Shown one piece after another: positions 36,787 through 46,951 of a stretch of 64,000 nucleotides of DNA (the stretch's first letter is position 1; every line of letters starts with the position of its first letter). Where the stretch lies: the NCBI GenBank assembly GCA_964019425.1, contig OZ025798.1, positions 1,240,001-1,304,000 of the forward strand. The letters run 5' to 3'. The position numbers and the translations under genes were made by a program. Below the pieces are notes generated by a model. The model saw nothing but the letters and a program-made list of their open reading frames with translations. It was not told where the DNA came from and made no database searches. The DNA comes from Flectonema sp. DT1601. Its lineage: Eukaryota.

Positions 36787-39700
36787 ATGGCGGACAAATG
36801 TCGCTTTTCAATTGATCGCGGTGGTACCTTCACAGATGTGTACGCTGAGACTCCGAAGGGTGTTCGAGTCATAAAGTTACTGAGTGTTGACCCAGCGAAC
36901 TATGAAAGTGCACCGAGGGAAGGAATTCGTCGTATTTTACACGAGATTTACGGAAACTCTCCAACAGGAGGTAAAGTTCCAGTCGACAAGATTGATTGGA
37001 TTCGAATGGGGACGACGGTAGCGACGAATGCACTTTTAGAGAGAAAAGGAGAGAGAACAGCGTTGGTGATTACGAAAGGATTTCGTGACCTACTTCGCAT
37101 TGGTACGCAAGCAAGACCAGCGATATTCGATCTTTCAGTTAAGATGCCGGAACTTCTTTATTCAAAAGTTGTTGAAATCGAAGAGAGAGTTCGTTTAGTT
37201 CAACCGAATGAGGAAGACGACTCCACATTCGTCATCGGAACTAGTGACGAGCGTGTTGAAGTCCTCCAGGCACCTGATGAAGAACAAGTAAGATCAGAAC
37301 TACAATCTCTATTCGAAGATGGTTATCGATCTGTTGCTGTTGTTTTAATGCATTCTTATACTTTTAATAAACACGAAGAGATTGTTCGCAAGATCGCCAA
37401 GGAAGTCGGCATGCAATTTATCAGCATCTCCTCAGAGCTGATGCCGATGATTAAAATAGTCTCTCGAGGTCTAACGACTTGTGTCGACGCGTACTTAACT
37501 CCGCTAATCGTAAAATACATTGACGACTTTAAGTCAGGTTTTGATAAGAACTTGGATGGTGTTTCCGTCAGTTTCATGCAGAGTGACGGTGGGCTGACTG
37601 ATGCAAAGAAATTCCACGGCTTCAAAGCCATTCTTTCTGGGCCTGCTGGAGGAGCTGTCGGGTACGCACAAACGACGTGGGATGAGGAAACAAAGAAACC
37701 CGTCATTGGTTTCGACATGGGAGGAACTTCGACTGATGTTTCTCGTTTTGGAGGTACCTACGAACACGTCTTTGAAACGAATCTCGCAGGAGTTACGATC
37801 CAATGCCCGCAATTAGACATCACAACAGTTGCTGCTGGTGGCGGGTCGCTTTGCTCATTCGAAGAGGAGCTTTACAGAGTCGGACCCGAATCCGCTGGTG
37901 CTCATCCGGGTCCCGTTTGCTATCGAAAAGGCGGCAAACTCGCTGTCACAGATGCTAACTTAACTCTAGGAAGATTAATTCCTGACTTGTTTCCAAAGAT
38001 CTTCGGTCCTAATGAAAACCTTCCTCTCGATTCCGATGCATCTGAAGCTGCTTTCAAACAGGTCGCCAGCAAGGTCAGCGATGCGGAAGGAGGAGTTGAG
38101 AAATCTGCTGCAGAAGTAGCATTCGGATTTATAAAAGTTGCTAATGAAGCAATGTGTCGCCCAATTAGAAGTCTTACAGAAGCTAAAGGTTATAGTACTG
38201 CTGATCACGTCTTAGCATGTTTTGGTGGAGCTGGAGGACAGCACGCCTGTGCTATCGCGAGATCGCTTGGAATGGAAACAGTTTTTGTTCATCGCCACAG
38301 CGGTATTTTGAGTGCTGTTGGAATTGGATTGGCTGACACAGTTGTTGATGAACAACAACCTGCTCAGAGAATATTTAAAGATGGAACTGATTCGATTGAA
38401 GAATCCTTATCTGTTTTAAGAAAGAAAGTTATCGAAAAGTTAAAGAACGAGAACTTCTCAGACGATGAGATTACAACGGAAGACTATTTGAATCTCAGAT
38501 ACAAAGGAACAGGAACTGCGATGATGGTCAGAAGGCCTCCAGGTGAGAAAGATTTCTCATTTGCGAAAGAATTTGAAACAAACTACAAAAGAGAATACGG
38601 ATTTACTATTCCTGGTCGCGAAATCATTTTAGATGACATCCGACTTCGTGGAGTCGGTAAAGGAATCTCTCTCTCGAAGGAATTAATTACAAAAAGTACT
38701 CAAAAACCGATTCCAATGATGACACACAAAACATATTTCGAAGAGGGCTGGAGGGACACTCCAGTTTATCAGCTCGACAAGATGGGCGCCACCGACATCG
38801 TTGAAGGACCAGCGATCATCATTCAGGGAGGAAGTACTGTTTTAATTGAACCAGAGTGTACAGCAACTGTTACTGAATATGGTGATATTCGAATCAAGGT
38901 TGGTGTGCAATCCTTTAAAATTACGAAGGAACTCGACCACATATCACTTTCGATATTCTCACACAGATTTATGAGCATCGCGGAACAGATGGGACGCGCA
39001 TTGCAGAGAACTGCGATCTCGACCAACATCAAAGAACGTCTCGACTTTTCCTGCGCTCTCTTTGGTCCTGACGGTGGGCTGGTTGCTAACGCTCCACATA
39101 TCCCTGTTCACTTGGGAGCGATGGGGGCGATGGTAAAACAACAAAAAGATCTTTTAGGTGACTCCTGGAAAGAAGGAGATGTTGTTGTTACAAACCATCC
39201 CGCAGTTGGTGGATCACACTTACCAGATATCACAGTAATCACTCCTGTCTTCTTTAATGGAATTCCTGTTTTCTATGTTGCCTGCCGTGGTCATCACGCA
39301 GACATTGGAGGAACAACACCTGGTTCAATACCACCTTTCAGTAAACGACTTGTTGAGGAAGGAGCTCACATTGAAAGTTTCTTCCTCGTGAGAAATGGTG
39401 AATTCCAAGAGAAAGGAATTATTGAACATCTCGAAGCACCTGGCAAGATTGATTTGGGTCCTGGAGAGCCAGAAATGCAAGGTTCGCGTTGCATATCTGA
39501 CAACTTGGCCGATTTGCGCGCTCAAGTTGCAGCTAACCAAAAGGGAATTAATCTGATGAGTGAATTAATAAAACAATACTCCATTGATGTTGTTCAGGCC
39601 TACATGGGATACGTTCAGGAAAACGCTGCGACTGCCGTGAGGGACATGTTAGTGAAAGTCTCTCAAACTGAGGGAACCGAACTCTCAGCTGTCGACCACA

Positions 39701-40575
39701 TGGACGACGGTTCTGAAATCTGTTTGAAAGTTTCAATCGATCCTTCCGTCCCAACTGCGGTCTTCGATTTCGAAGGAACTTCTGCGCAGGTTTACGCGAA
39801 CCACAATTGTCCTTCAGCGGTAGTGTCCTCTGCGATTATTTATTGTTTGAGATGTCTCGTTGATAAAGACATTCCTCTCAATCAAGGATGCATGCATCCG
39901 ATAGACGTTCGAATTCCTAAAAATAGTTTCCTCTCCCCATCCGAGGAATGCGCTGTAGTCGGTGGGAATGTACTGACATCACAACGTGTTACCGATGCCG
40001 TCTTGCAAGCGTTCAATGCCTGCGCTGATTCGCAGGGAGATACTAATAACTTTACTTTTGGAGATGAGAACTTCGGTTACTACGAAACTATTTGTGGAGG
40101 ATCTGGTGCTGGAAGAACTTGGGAAGGAACTTCAGGTGTTCACACTCATATGACAAACACTCGAATTACTGACGCAGAGATATTTGAAAGAAGATACCCA
40201 GTCATGCTTTCAAGGTTTCTATTGAGAGAAGGAACAGGAGGGGCAGGGAAACATCGAGGAGGTGACGGAGCTGTGAGAGAAATTATATTTTTAAAGAAAT
40301 TAACAGCCAGTATACTGTCTGAGAGAAGAGCAGTTGCTCCGAACGGAGGAGGTGGCGGTGGAAATGCAAAGAGAGGCCGCAACACACTCGTAAGAGCAGC
40401 AGACTCTTCGAAGGAGTTATTTAATTCAACACCAACAGCAACTGAGCTCTGGAAGCGTCGCGATGAGGGAACTAAATTCAATTTCGGTGGTAAGAATTCA
40501 ACATCAGTGTCTCGAGGTGATAAATTAATTATAGAAACCCCGGGTGGTGGAGGTTGGGGTTGTAAGAGTCTGTAG
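36787..40575 (+). CDS. OPLAH: 5-oxoprolinase (ATP-hydrolysing), fused hydantoinase A/B type
   Basis: IDRGGTFTD, MGTTVATNALLER, DMGGTSTD, NIKERLDFSCA, GGNVLTSQR, HTHMTNT, TPGGGGWG; intronless. Confidence 0.97.
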   Translation: MADKCRFSIDRGGTFTDVYAETPKGVRVIKLLSVDPANYESAPREGIRRILHEIYGNSPTGGKVPVDKIDWIRMGTTVATNALLERKGERTALVITKGFRDLLRIGTQARPAIFDLSVKMPELLYSKVVEIEERVRLVQPNEEDDSTFVIGTSDERVEVLQAPDEEQVRSELQSLFEDGYRSVAVVLMHSYTFNKHEEIVRKIAKEVGMQFISISSELMPMIKIVSRGLTTCVDAYLTPLIVKYIDDFKSGFDKNLDGVSVSFMQSDGGLTDAKKFHGFKAILSGPAGGAVGYAQTTWDEETKKPVIGFDMGGTSTDVSRFGGTYEHVFETNLAGVTIQCPQLDITTVAAGGGSLCSFEEELYRVGPESAGAHPGPVCYRKGGKLAVTDANLTLGRLIPDLFPKIFGPNENLPLDSDASEAAFKQVASKVSDAEGGVEKSAAEVAFGFIKVANEAMCRPIRSLTEAKGYSTADHVLACFGGAGGQHACAIARSLGMETVFVHRHSGILSAVGIGLADTVVDEQQPAQRIFKDGTDSIEESLSVLRKKVIEKLKNENFSDDEITTEDYLNLRYKGTGTAMMVRRPPGEKDFSFAKEFETNYKREYGFTIPGREIILDDIRLRGVGKGISLSKELITKSTQKPIPMMTHKTYFEEGWRDTPVYQLDKMGATDIVEGPAIIIQGGSTVLIEPECTATVTEYGDIRIKVGVQSFKITKELDHISLSIFSHRFMSIAEQMGRALQRTAISTNIKERLDFSCALFGPDGGLVANAPHIPVHLGAMGAMVKQQKDLLGDSWKEGDVVVTNHPAVGGSHLPDITVITPVFFNGIPVFYVACRGHHADIGGTTPGSIPPFSKRLVEEGAHIESFFLVRNGEFQEKGIIEHLEAPGKIDLGPGEPEMQGSRCISDNLADLRAQVAANQKGINLMSELIKQYSIDVVQAYMGYVQENAATAVRDMLVKVSQTEGTELSAVDHMDDGSEICLKVSIDPSVPTAVFDFEGTSAQVYANHNCPSAVVSSAIIYCLRCLVDKDIPLNQGCMHPIDVRIPKNSFLSPSEECAVVGGNVLTSQRVTDAVLQAFNACADSQGDTNNFTFGDENFGYYETICGGSGAGRTWEGTSGVHTHMTNTRITDAEIFERRYPVMLSRFLLREGTGGAGKHRGGDGAVREIIFLKKLTASILSERRAVAPNGGGGGGNAKRGRNTLVRAADSSKELFNSTPTATELWKRRDEGTKFNFGGKNSTSVSRGDKLIIETPGGGGWGCKSL

Positions 40576-41032
40576 TCTTACTCTGAAGTTACTTAAAAAG
40601 TATTTTATTATTCAACGGTGCCATGAAGGATCCGATTAGTCGGTTTCCCGTAAGGCGCTATATCCTTTATGTAGTCTTTGATTAAAAGAGATACGAAGGT
40701 TTAGTACTTTGTGAGTAGTTACAGAATAGGTTGACTTGTTAACTAGTGATTGTTGTTCATCAACTGATGTTCATTAAGAGTGACTTGTACCCCATCCAAA
40801 TACAATTAACAAAATATACCTTTAGGAAGGTACTTATTCTGCTGTTAACATTTTTAGTTTTACTCGACTTCAAAACACTACTGTTGTGAAAAATGAAAAA
40901 AAAAGGAAAAATGGGGAATAATATGAATTTATTTATTTATTTCATCGGAGCTCCGCGACTAACTTTACTCTCTGTGTGCGTAGCTTCCTCACAAATAACT
41001 TTTCTTTCATTTCGTAGAATAAAATTCAACAA

Positions 41033-42216
41033 ATGCGAGCTGCAGTGTTCATGTTGTTTGCTGGGGTTGCATTAGGAGCTTCAGGGAACTCTCATTGGGA
41101 TTACACAAATCCAATGAATTGGGTTGAAGTCGATCATCAGTGTGCTGGTGAAGAACAATCTCCGATTGATGTTCAAATTGATGAATCGATGCAATCGTCT
41201 CCGTCATTCTTAAAATTATTTGTTCCGAGAGTGAACCTTCAGACTCTTAAACTTCACACGAAAGGTCACAATATTCAACTCGATCTCGCAAAGCTAAACA
41301 TCACTTTGACTACCAGCACCCTTGGACTGCAGTACTCGCTGTTACAAGTTCATTACCACACTCCTTCTGAACATACGATTAATGGAAAGAGATATCCCCT
41401 TGAGAGACATATGGTCTTCTTACCAAGTGATTATAAACGTGTGTTAACTTCTTCAGTTAATTAGTTTATTTTAATGTTTCTTATCAAATAAAGTAAATAC
41501 ACAAAACAGATAATGTTGATAAAGACAAAGGAATTGTTGTATTCGCTGAGTTGTATGAAATCAACGACGTTAAACCTGATCAGATGGTCTCTCGTCTGTT
41601 GGAACGAATTGATGAGTCAGTCGATACCGAAGGCATCGAAGTTTTTCCAATTTTTGACTTTCAAAGTGACGACTTTGTTCTTTATCGAGGATCACTCACT
41701 ACCCCTCCGTGTACTGAAGGAGTCGGTTGGCATGTGTCAACTAAACTACACACGATATCAAGGTTTGTTATTGTTGTTGTTGTTGTCTTCTAATATCAAA
41801 TAATTAACTCCCCAAAGATTATTTATAATAATCAAAAACAGGAATCAAGCTGAGTCGATGAACAACATAATTAGTCATCAAGAAATTTCAGCACCTGGAG
41901 GAACACCGGGAATTACACAAGGGATTTCATGTATGTTTATTATTATTGTTATTACTGGGACACCGTAATTGGTATTCTTTTCGCTCTCCTTGGCTGGCGA
42001 ATATTTAATAGAAAAGGCACTAAGTAATTGTTCGCATTAAAACAAAATTAATTATATGGTGCCGATTATTCTTTTAATGACTTAAAAAAAAAAAAAACAG
42101 ACGCCAAAGGTAACGCTCGTCCGCTGCAAAACATCAACTCGCGATGCGTATCTTCTGTACCCGGCATTCAGTGCACTGACCCGCTGTTAAGGAAGAAGTG
42201 GTTTGGACCAAATTAA
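41033..42216 (+). CDS. Secreted alpha-carbonic anhydrase; introns 41439-41509, 41763-41841, 41931-42100
   Basis: Signal peptide; HWDY, QSPID, QVHYH, SEHT, ERH, YRGSLTTPPCTEGVGW, GNARPLQ; all three zinc histidines present. Confidence 0.9.
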
Positions 42217-42410
42217 TAATTGAAAAGAGTAACTAGTGGCGGTGTTATCGCCTCGCTGGACTTCAGCAGTTCTTCCGAACTCGCTGAGTAGTTCAGCCGT
42301 CTTTATAATCTTTTTTGGAATACAATTTCGGAAGTATTCTTATTTCTGTATTAAGCAGTGCACTCTTTTAGTAGTCAACTTCTACACGTCGTCAGCCTAA
42401 ATCAAATGAA

Positions 42411-42528
42411 GTGTATCGGGACAACTGTCACTTCTACCAGTGTATCGGGACAACTGTCACTTCTACCAGTGTATCGGGACAACTGTCACTTCTACCAGTG
42501 TATCGGGACAACTGTCACTTCTACCAGT
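42411..42528. repeat. Perfect 29-bp tandem repeat, 4 copies
   Basis: Unit gtgtatcgggacaactgtcacttctacca, no spacers. Confidence 0.97.
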
Positions 42529-42666
42529 TACGGTGATAATGTTACGCTAGTTAAGCTTCTGTTTCAGTCAGACTAGACCCTAAAAACAGAATGTGAGTTT
42601 TGTAGTCTCGATTTGATTTCTATTTGGCGATTTTATTTTATTTAATCAGATGGTGTGTCCTTACTA

Positions 42667-45600
42667 ATGCAATTCGGTGATGCAACACCACCAGAAGACA
42701 AGGCTGCAGTGTTGAATGCGATCGACCGACATGTTCACTGCGGAGGTGATGACGTCGCTGGGGGAGAACTTTTGAATTGGCTGATGAAAGTAATGAAATA
42801 TCATCAGGACGACCCAACTGTGATTAGAGCTACTGTGGAGTTACTTCACTCACTCGTATTAAATAATAAACAAACTGGTAGAAATCAGAAAGGAGGAACA
42901 ATTGAGAGATTATTTGATAGAAGTTTCACAAACACACTAACTGGACTGTTAAAGACTCACTTGATTTCAGCAAACTGGAAAGTCATCGAAGTGATATCTA
43001 AAGTACTAAAACAACTGATAACGAGAACTGAAGAACGTCTTCTAAACGATCGCAGCAATGTCATCTCCACGACAGCAACCTCCCTTGCGAGAGTTTTAAT
43101 TAACATCCTACGACAGTGTCCCCACGCAGAGTATGATTTACAGCTAAACTGCATCGTCTTACTGAAATACGCTCCTGGACAGGATCTGCTAGCAGAAGGC
43201 TGCTCACCATTGTTGTTGAATTTAATTGTAAGAAACGAAGAGAGACTTTTAATTGTAAAAGAAGCTCTTCTCGTTATCAACTTAATGTGTCAGACGAAGG
43301 GTCAGTCGTTTAGTTCAGTAACAGAGTGGCCAACAGAAGCGCTGTCGTTGTTAATTCACATCCTGTCTGTTCATTTAAGGGAGCGACAGATTGTTGAAGT
43401 TCTGATTGAAATCTTTCATTTCATTTCTTCCGATCATTTGAATTCGTTGGATATTTTGACTGCTCCATCAGAAGAATCGATTTTATTCATCTCTAGTGAG
43501 TTGCTGAATATGCACAGACTCGACTCCTCTGTCACTTACACAAAGTTACTTCTTTTTGTTAGAAATCTTGTCTTCCCAAATCCAAACAAACGCGACAATC
43601 ACCGCAACTGTATTAGCGCTCATCAGAAGTTTTTCCCGCAACTCGCAACCATTCTCTCTAACACTTTCTATGACACCTCGAAATCTGGAATTCGAATCCC
43701 GGACCTGTCGTTTTCCGCTGGTTTGGAAACACTGGTTGCGATGAGGGACGAGCTGCCAGTTGACATCTTACAAGAAATTCAATTAAAGATTTCACATTTG
43801 GTACTTCAAAATGATTATTACAACGAAACAATTGTTGAACAATGTTGTTTATTGTGCTGCGTAACAGAAGACGAAGAGGATGTTATCGAGTGCAGTATTT
43901 GGGTCGACCAGTTGATGAGATTCGGAAAGAGCAATTCGTTAATTTCAGAAGTCTGCTGTAAGATGATCGGAAGGAGTGGAATTAGTGTTCACGAAGATGT
44001 TGTTCGAGTGGTCTCAACGATCACTCAGATCCATCCGAATGACAATTCTCTTCAAACTGCTGCGATGTACTTTTTAATGAAACAGTCTGAGGCGCTGCCG
44101 AATTCAAATAATTCGAATTCGTGTTTCGCTTTCATCTCTCGAATTGCTGTTCAGAGTTTCACTCGATTCGCTTCTTCAGAACCTGACGAAGTGACTTCAC
44201 GTGTTTTACAATTTTGTATTTTGACTCTGCGCGCAATTTCTCAGAAGTTTGACTTCCGAATAAGCGGCCAAGAGTTAGACATTATTCTGATTGGAGTGGA
44301 GTGTCTCGAAAGGAAGCTACTCAATCGACAACTGAGAGACGTACTAATCGAACTACTTGTCAATACTTTGGAGTTATATGAGTCGGTGGTACCTCGAAAA
44401 TGTTTAAAAAGTATTTGGAAACTCGTTGAAGAAGACATCAAGAATCCAAACATCGTCGGACCTCTTTGCAGATGTTTAAAAACAATTAGTACCTCTGGTG
44501 ATGATGATGATAGCTGTACCAGACTTGATTTACTTTTAAACTCTTTACAATATCATTTGAAGCTTCCTTCTGTTGTGGAGCCAGTTCTCGTTCTTGTGGA
44601 GTCTTCTTTTAGAACGAAAGCTTCTTTCAAAAAGCCGTTCAGCGAATCGTCAATCGATCTTTTGATATCTGCTGCAGAAATTCATTTATCGGAATCGCTG
44701 ATCTCCCTCACCGCCATTCGTTTGTTTCGTTCAATTGTTTGTTTTCAATTTCTTCGCGACTTCAATTCCAAACCTCTGACAGAACGCAACGTCAGCAAAC
44801 CAAGAAGCAGCCATCTCATCGCCTTAGTGACGACAGCTGGTCGGATTATTGACACTCACCCTACGAGTGATGTGATGGATGTCGGGACGCAACTTTTAGT
44901 AAATATCTCAACAGGTATTCAGAGAAAGGCTGTCAGTAGATCGACTGAATTATGTGGAGGATGTTGTGACTTGGCGATCAGACTGCTGTCTGGGGAAATG
45001 GAAAACCTCCGCTGCTGCATTTCTGTTTTGAAAACATGCCTGCCCAGGGCGAGAGGTGCAGCTCAAGACGTTAATAATTTGAGAAATATTTTAGCATCGG
45101 CAGCGTGTTTACAATTAGACACCTCAACAGCTGGCTCAGGACGCGTGGTAGAATCGAATGATATTTTAACGAGAGATGTTATTATTGTAATCAGAGAGAT
45201 GCTCACCATCAGAGTAGCTGACCAGCAGCCTTTCGGCGACAACAAAACGACATCGTCGTCGTTACTTCAGACTGGGGAGATTTCTGATATCCTTTCGGTA
45301 GTATTTGAGATTTGCAATCATAATATTTCAGATGAAGTACTTGTTGTTGAATGTTATAAGATTGCCAGACTCTTATGTAGTAATACTGGCTGTTCAGATG
45401 AGGAACTTCGATCTATATTTGAAGAAAGCAACTTAGTCGACATGTCGTTAAAAGTAATTGGAATTCATAAAGACGACAAGAAAGTTGTTCAGGTGGCTTT
45501 GATGTGTCTGCAGTTCGTTGCTGGTGTTGCTGATCAGAAGCAAACTATCTCTGCTTCGCGACATAAATTATCTTCACGAGAGGCTGAACTACTTATGGAA

Positions 45601-46827
45601 GTGTTAAAGAAGTATTCGAGTGACGAATGTGTTGTGGAGTGTCTTCTTCACGTTTTACTAATATGGAAGTTTAAAGTTCCAGAACCAGAATTAATATTTT
45701 CTATAATTAAATTACATCCAAACTGTGTTGAGATATCTCATCTCAGTTATGAAATCCTTTCAAACATTTCTGTGATGAGACAATCTACTGCAGTTGAAGT
45801 TCTGTTTAACACTTCTCTGTCGTCAATTAGAAAACACAATCAAAACAATAAAGTTATCATCAGATGCCTTCGCTGCTTAACAAACTACTTCAACAACACT
45901 CCACTTGATGAAAGTGACGTCAGTTGCTCTGATGAGAATGCGACTTTCACGAGTAGCTACCTGCCGGCGTTGTTACCAAATGATGTGGTGGAGGAATTGA
46001 TATCTGTTGCTGCTTTCTTAGTTTTGAAATTCTCAACAGCCAGAAAGCATACAAACCCTTTGAGAGAGTACTCAGAAGTCGAGAGGAGGGTTTCTCTTTC
46101 TAGCAACCCAATTCCAAGTAGTGAAAACTCCAACAGGGCGACTCTCTCAAAGACGACGACTAATGAGACTGAAGAGGAGTTAATTAAAAACGCGACCAGC
46201 TTACTGCTGATGTTGAGCAGGTCGATCTGCGGTGTCGAAGTGATGTTACGACTGACTGTTGAGAAATCGATTCGAATTATTGAAGAGTTGGATTCAGACG
46301 GAATTCTAAACGAACTAAACGGTTTCGATAATATTTGTTTAAAAGTATTGTTGTCGATGATCACAAACAAGAGAGATGAATATTTGAGTAACTTGGGACT
46401 ATTAATTATAAAAAACATACTCCCAGAGTCAGGTGGGTGTGCCCTGTCAGGTGAACTTGACGACCCTCTCGTAGGTATTGTTTTGGGAAGTCTGATGACG
46501 TATTCGACCAACACTTCTATTTGTTGTAGTTGTTTATTTATTATTCGTTCTGTATCTCTGAGTGGTGATCTAAGACGGAATATTGTACAGTCTGAAGGTT
46601 TTCATAAGATTCTCTCTTGTGCTTCAAAACACTTTTCTTCAATTCAAATCCAACAGCTCGCCTTGCAAACCATTTCTATGTTATGTCACGATGGCGATAA
46701 TTTAATAAAACTTTCAAAGTCTGGATTCCCATCATACCGAAACCAGCTACTCAACGCTACTAATAATCCAGAGATTTTACAGCAAGTTACTCACCTTGAG
46801 AATAATATACACAAAGTAATTTCGTAA
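42667..46827 (+). CDS. Large ARM/HEAT-like alpha-solenoid protein
   Basis: About 1386-aa intronless ORF with recurring L..H....V...C...L helical repeats. Confidence 0.75.
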   Translation: MQFGDATPPEDKAAVLNAIDRHVHCGGDDVAGGELLNWLMKVMKYHQDDPTVIRATVELLHSLVLNNKQTGRNQKGGTIERLFDRSFTNTLTGLLKTHLISANWKVIEVISKVLKQLITRTEERLLNDRSNVISTTATSLARVLINILRQCPHAEYDLQLNCIVLLKYAPGQDLLAEGCSPLLLNLIVRNEERLLIVKEALLVINLMCQTKGQSFSSVTEWPTEALSLLIHILSVHLRERQIVEVLIEIFHFISSDHLNSLDILTAPSEESILFISSELLNMHRLDSSVTYTKLLLFVRNLVFPNPNKRDNHRNCISAHQKFFPQLATILSNTFYDTSKSGIRIPDLSFSAGLETLVAMRDELPVDILQEIQLKISHLVLQNDYYNETIVEQCCLLCCVTEDEEDVIECSIWVDQLMRFGKSNSLISEVCCKMIGRSGISVHEDVVRVVSTITQIHPNDNSLQTAAMYFLMKQSEALPNSNNSNSCFAFISRIAVQSFTRFASSEPDEVTSRVLQFCILTLRAISQKFDFRISGQELDIILIGVECLERKLLNRQLRDVLIELLVNTLELYESVVPRKCLKSIWKLVEEDIKNPNIVGPLCRCLKTISTSGDDDDSCTRLDLLLNSLQYHLKLPSVVEPVLVLVESSFRTKASFKKPFSESSIDLLISAAEIHLSESLISLTAIRLFRSIVCFQFLRDFNSKPLTERNVSKPRSSHLIALVTTAGRIIDTHPTSDVMDVGTQLLVNISTGIQRKAVSRSTELCGGCCDLAIRLLSGEMENLRCCISVLKTCLPRARGAAQDVNNLRNILASAACLQLDTSTAGSGRVVESNDILTRDVIIVIREMLTIRVADQQPFGDNKTTSSSLLQTGEISDILSVVFEICNHNISDEVLVVECYKIARLLCSNTGCSDEELRSIFEESNLVDMSLKVIGIHKDDKKVVQVALMCLQFVAGVADQKQTISASRHKLSSREAELLMEVLKKYSSDECVVECLLHVLLIWKFKVPEPELIFSIIKLHPNCVEISHLSYEILSNISVMRQSTAVEVLFNTSLSSIRKHNQNNKVIIRCLRCLTNYFNNTPLDESDVSCSDENATFTSSYLPALLPNDVVEELISVAAFLVLKFSTARKHTNPLREYSEVERRVSLSSNPIPSSENSNRATLSKTTTNETEEELIKNATSLLLMLSRSICGVEVMLRLTVEKSIRIIEELDSDGILNELNGFDNICLKVLLSMITNKRDEYLSNLGLLIIKNILPESGGCALSGELDDPLVGIVLGSLMTYSTNTSICCSCLFIIRSVSLSGDLRRNIVQSEGFHKILSCASKHFSSIQIQQLALQTISMLCHDGDNLIKLSKSGFPSYRNQLLNATNNPEILQQVTHLENNIHKVIS

Positions 46828-46951
46828 TTACACTTTTTAACAGAACGTTATAATTAATCGTTTATTATCTTAAGGATGTTTCGCAGTCATAAAAACTTTT
46901 ATTTTTTCTCAACAGGAGTCTGGTCGCGGGGGAGACGTCTAATGAAATTTG

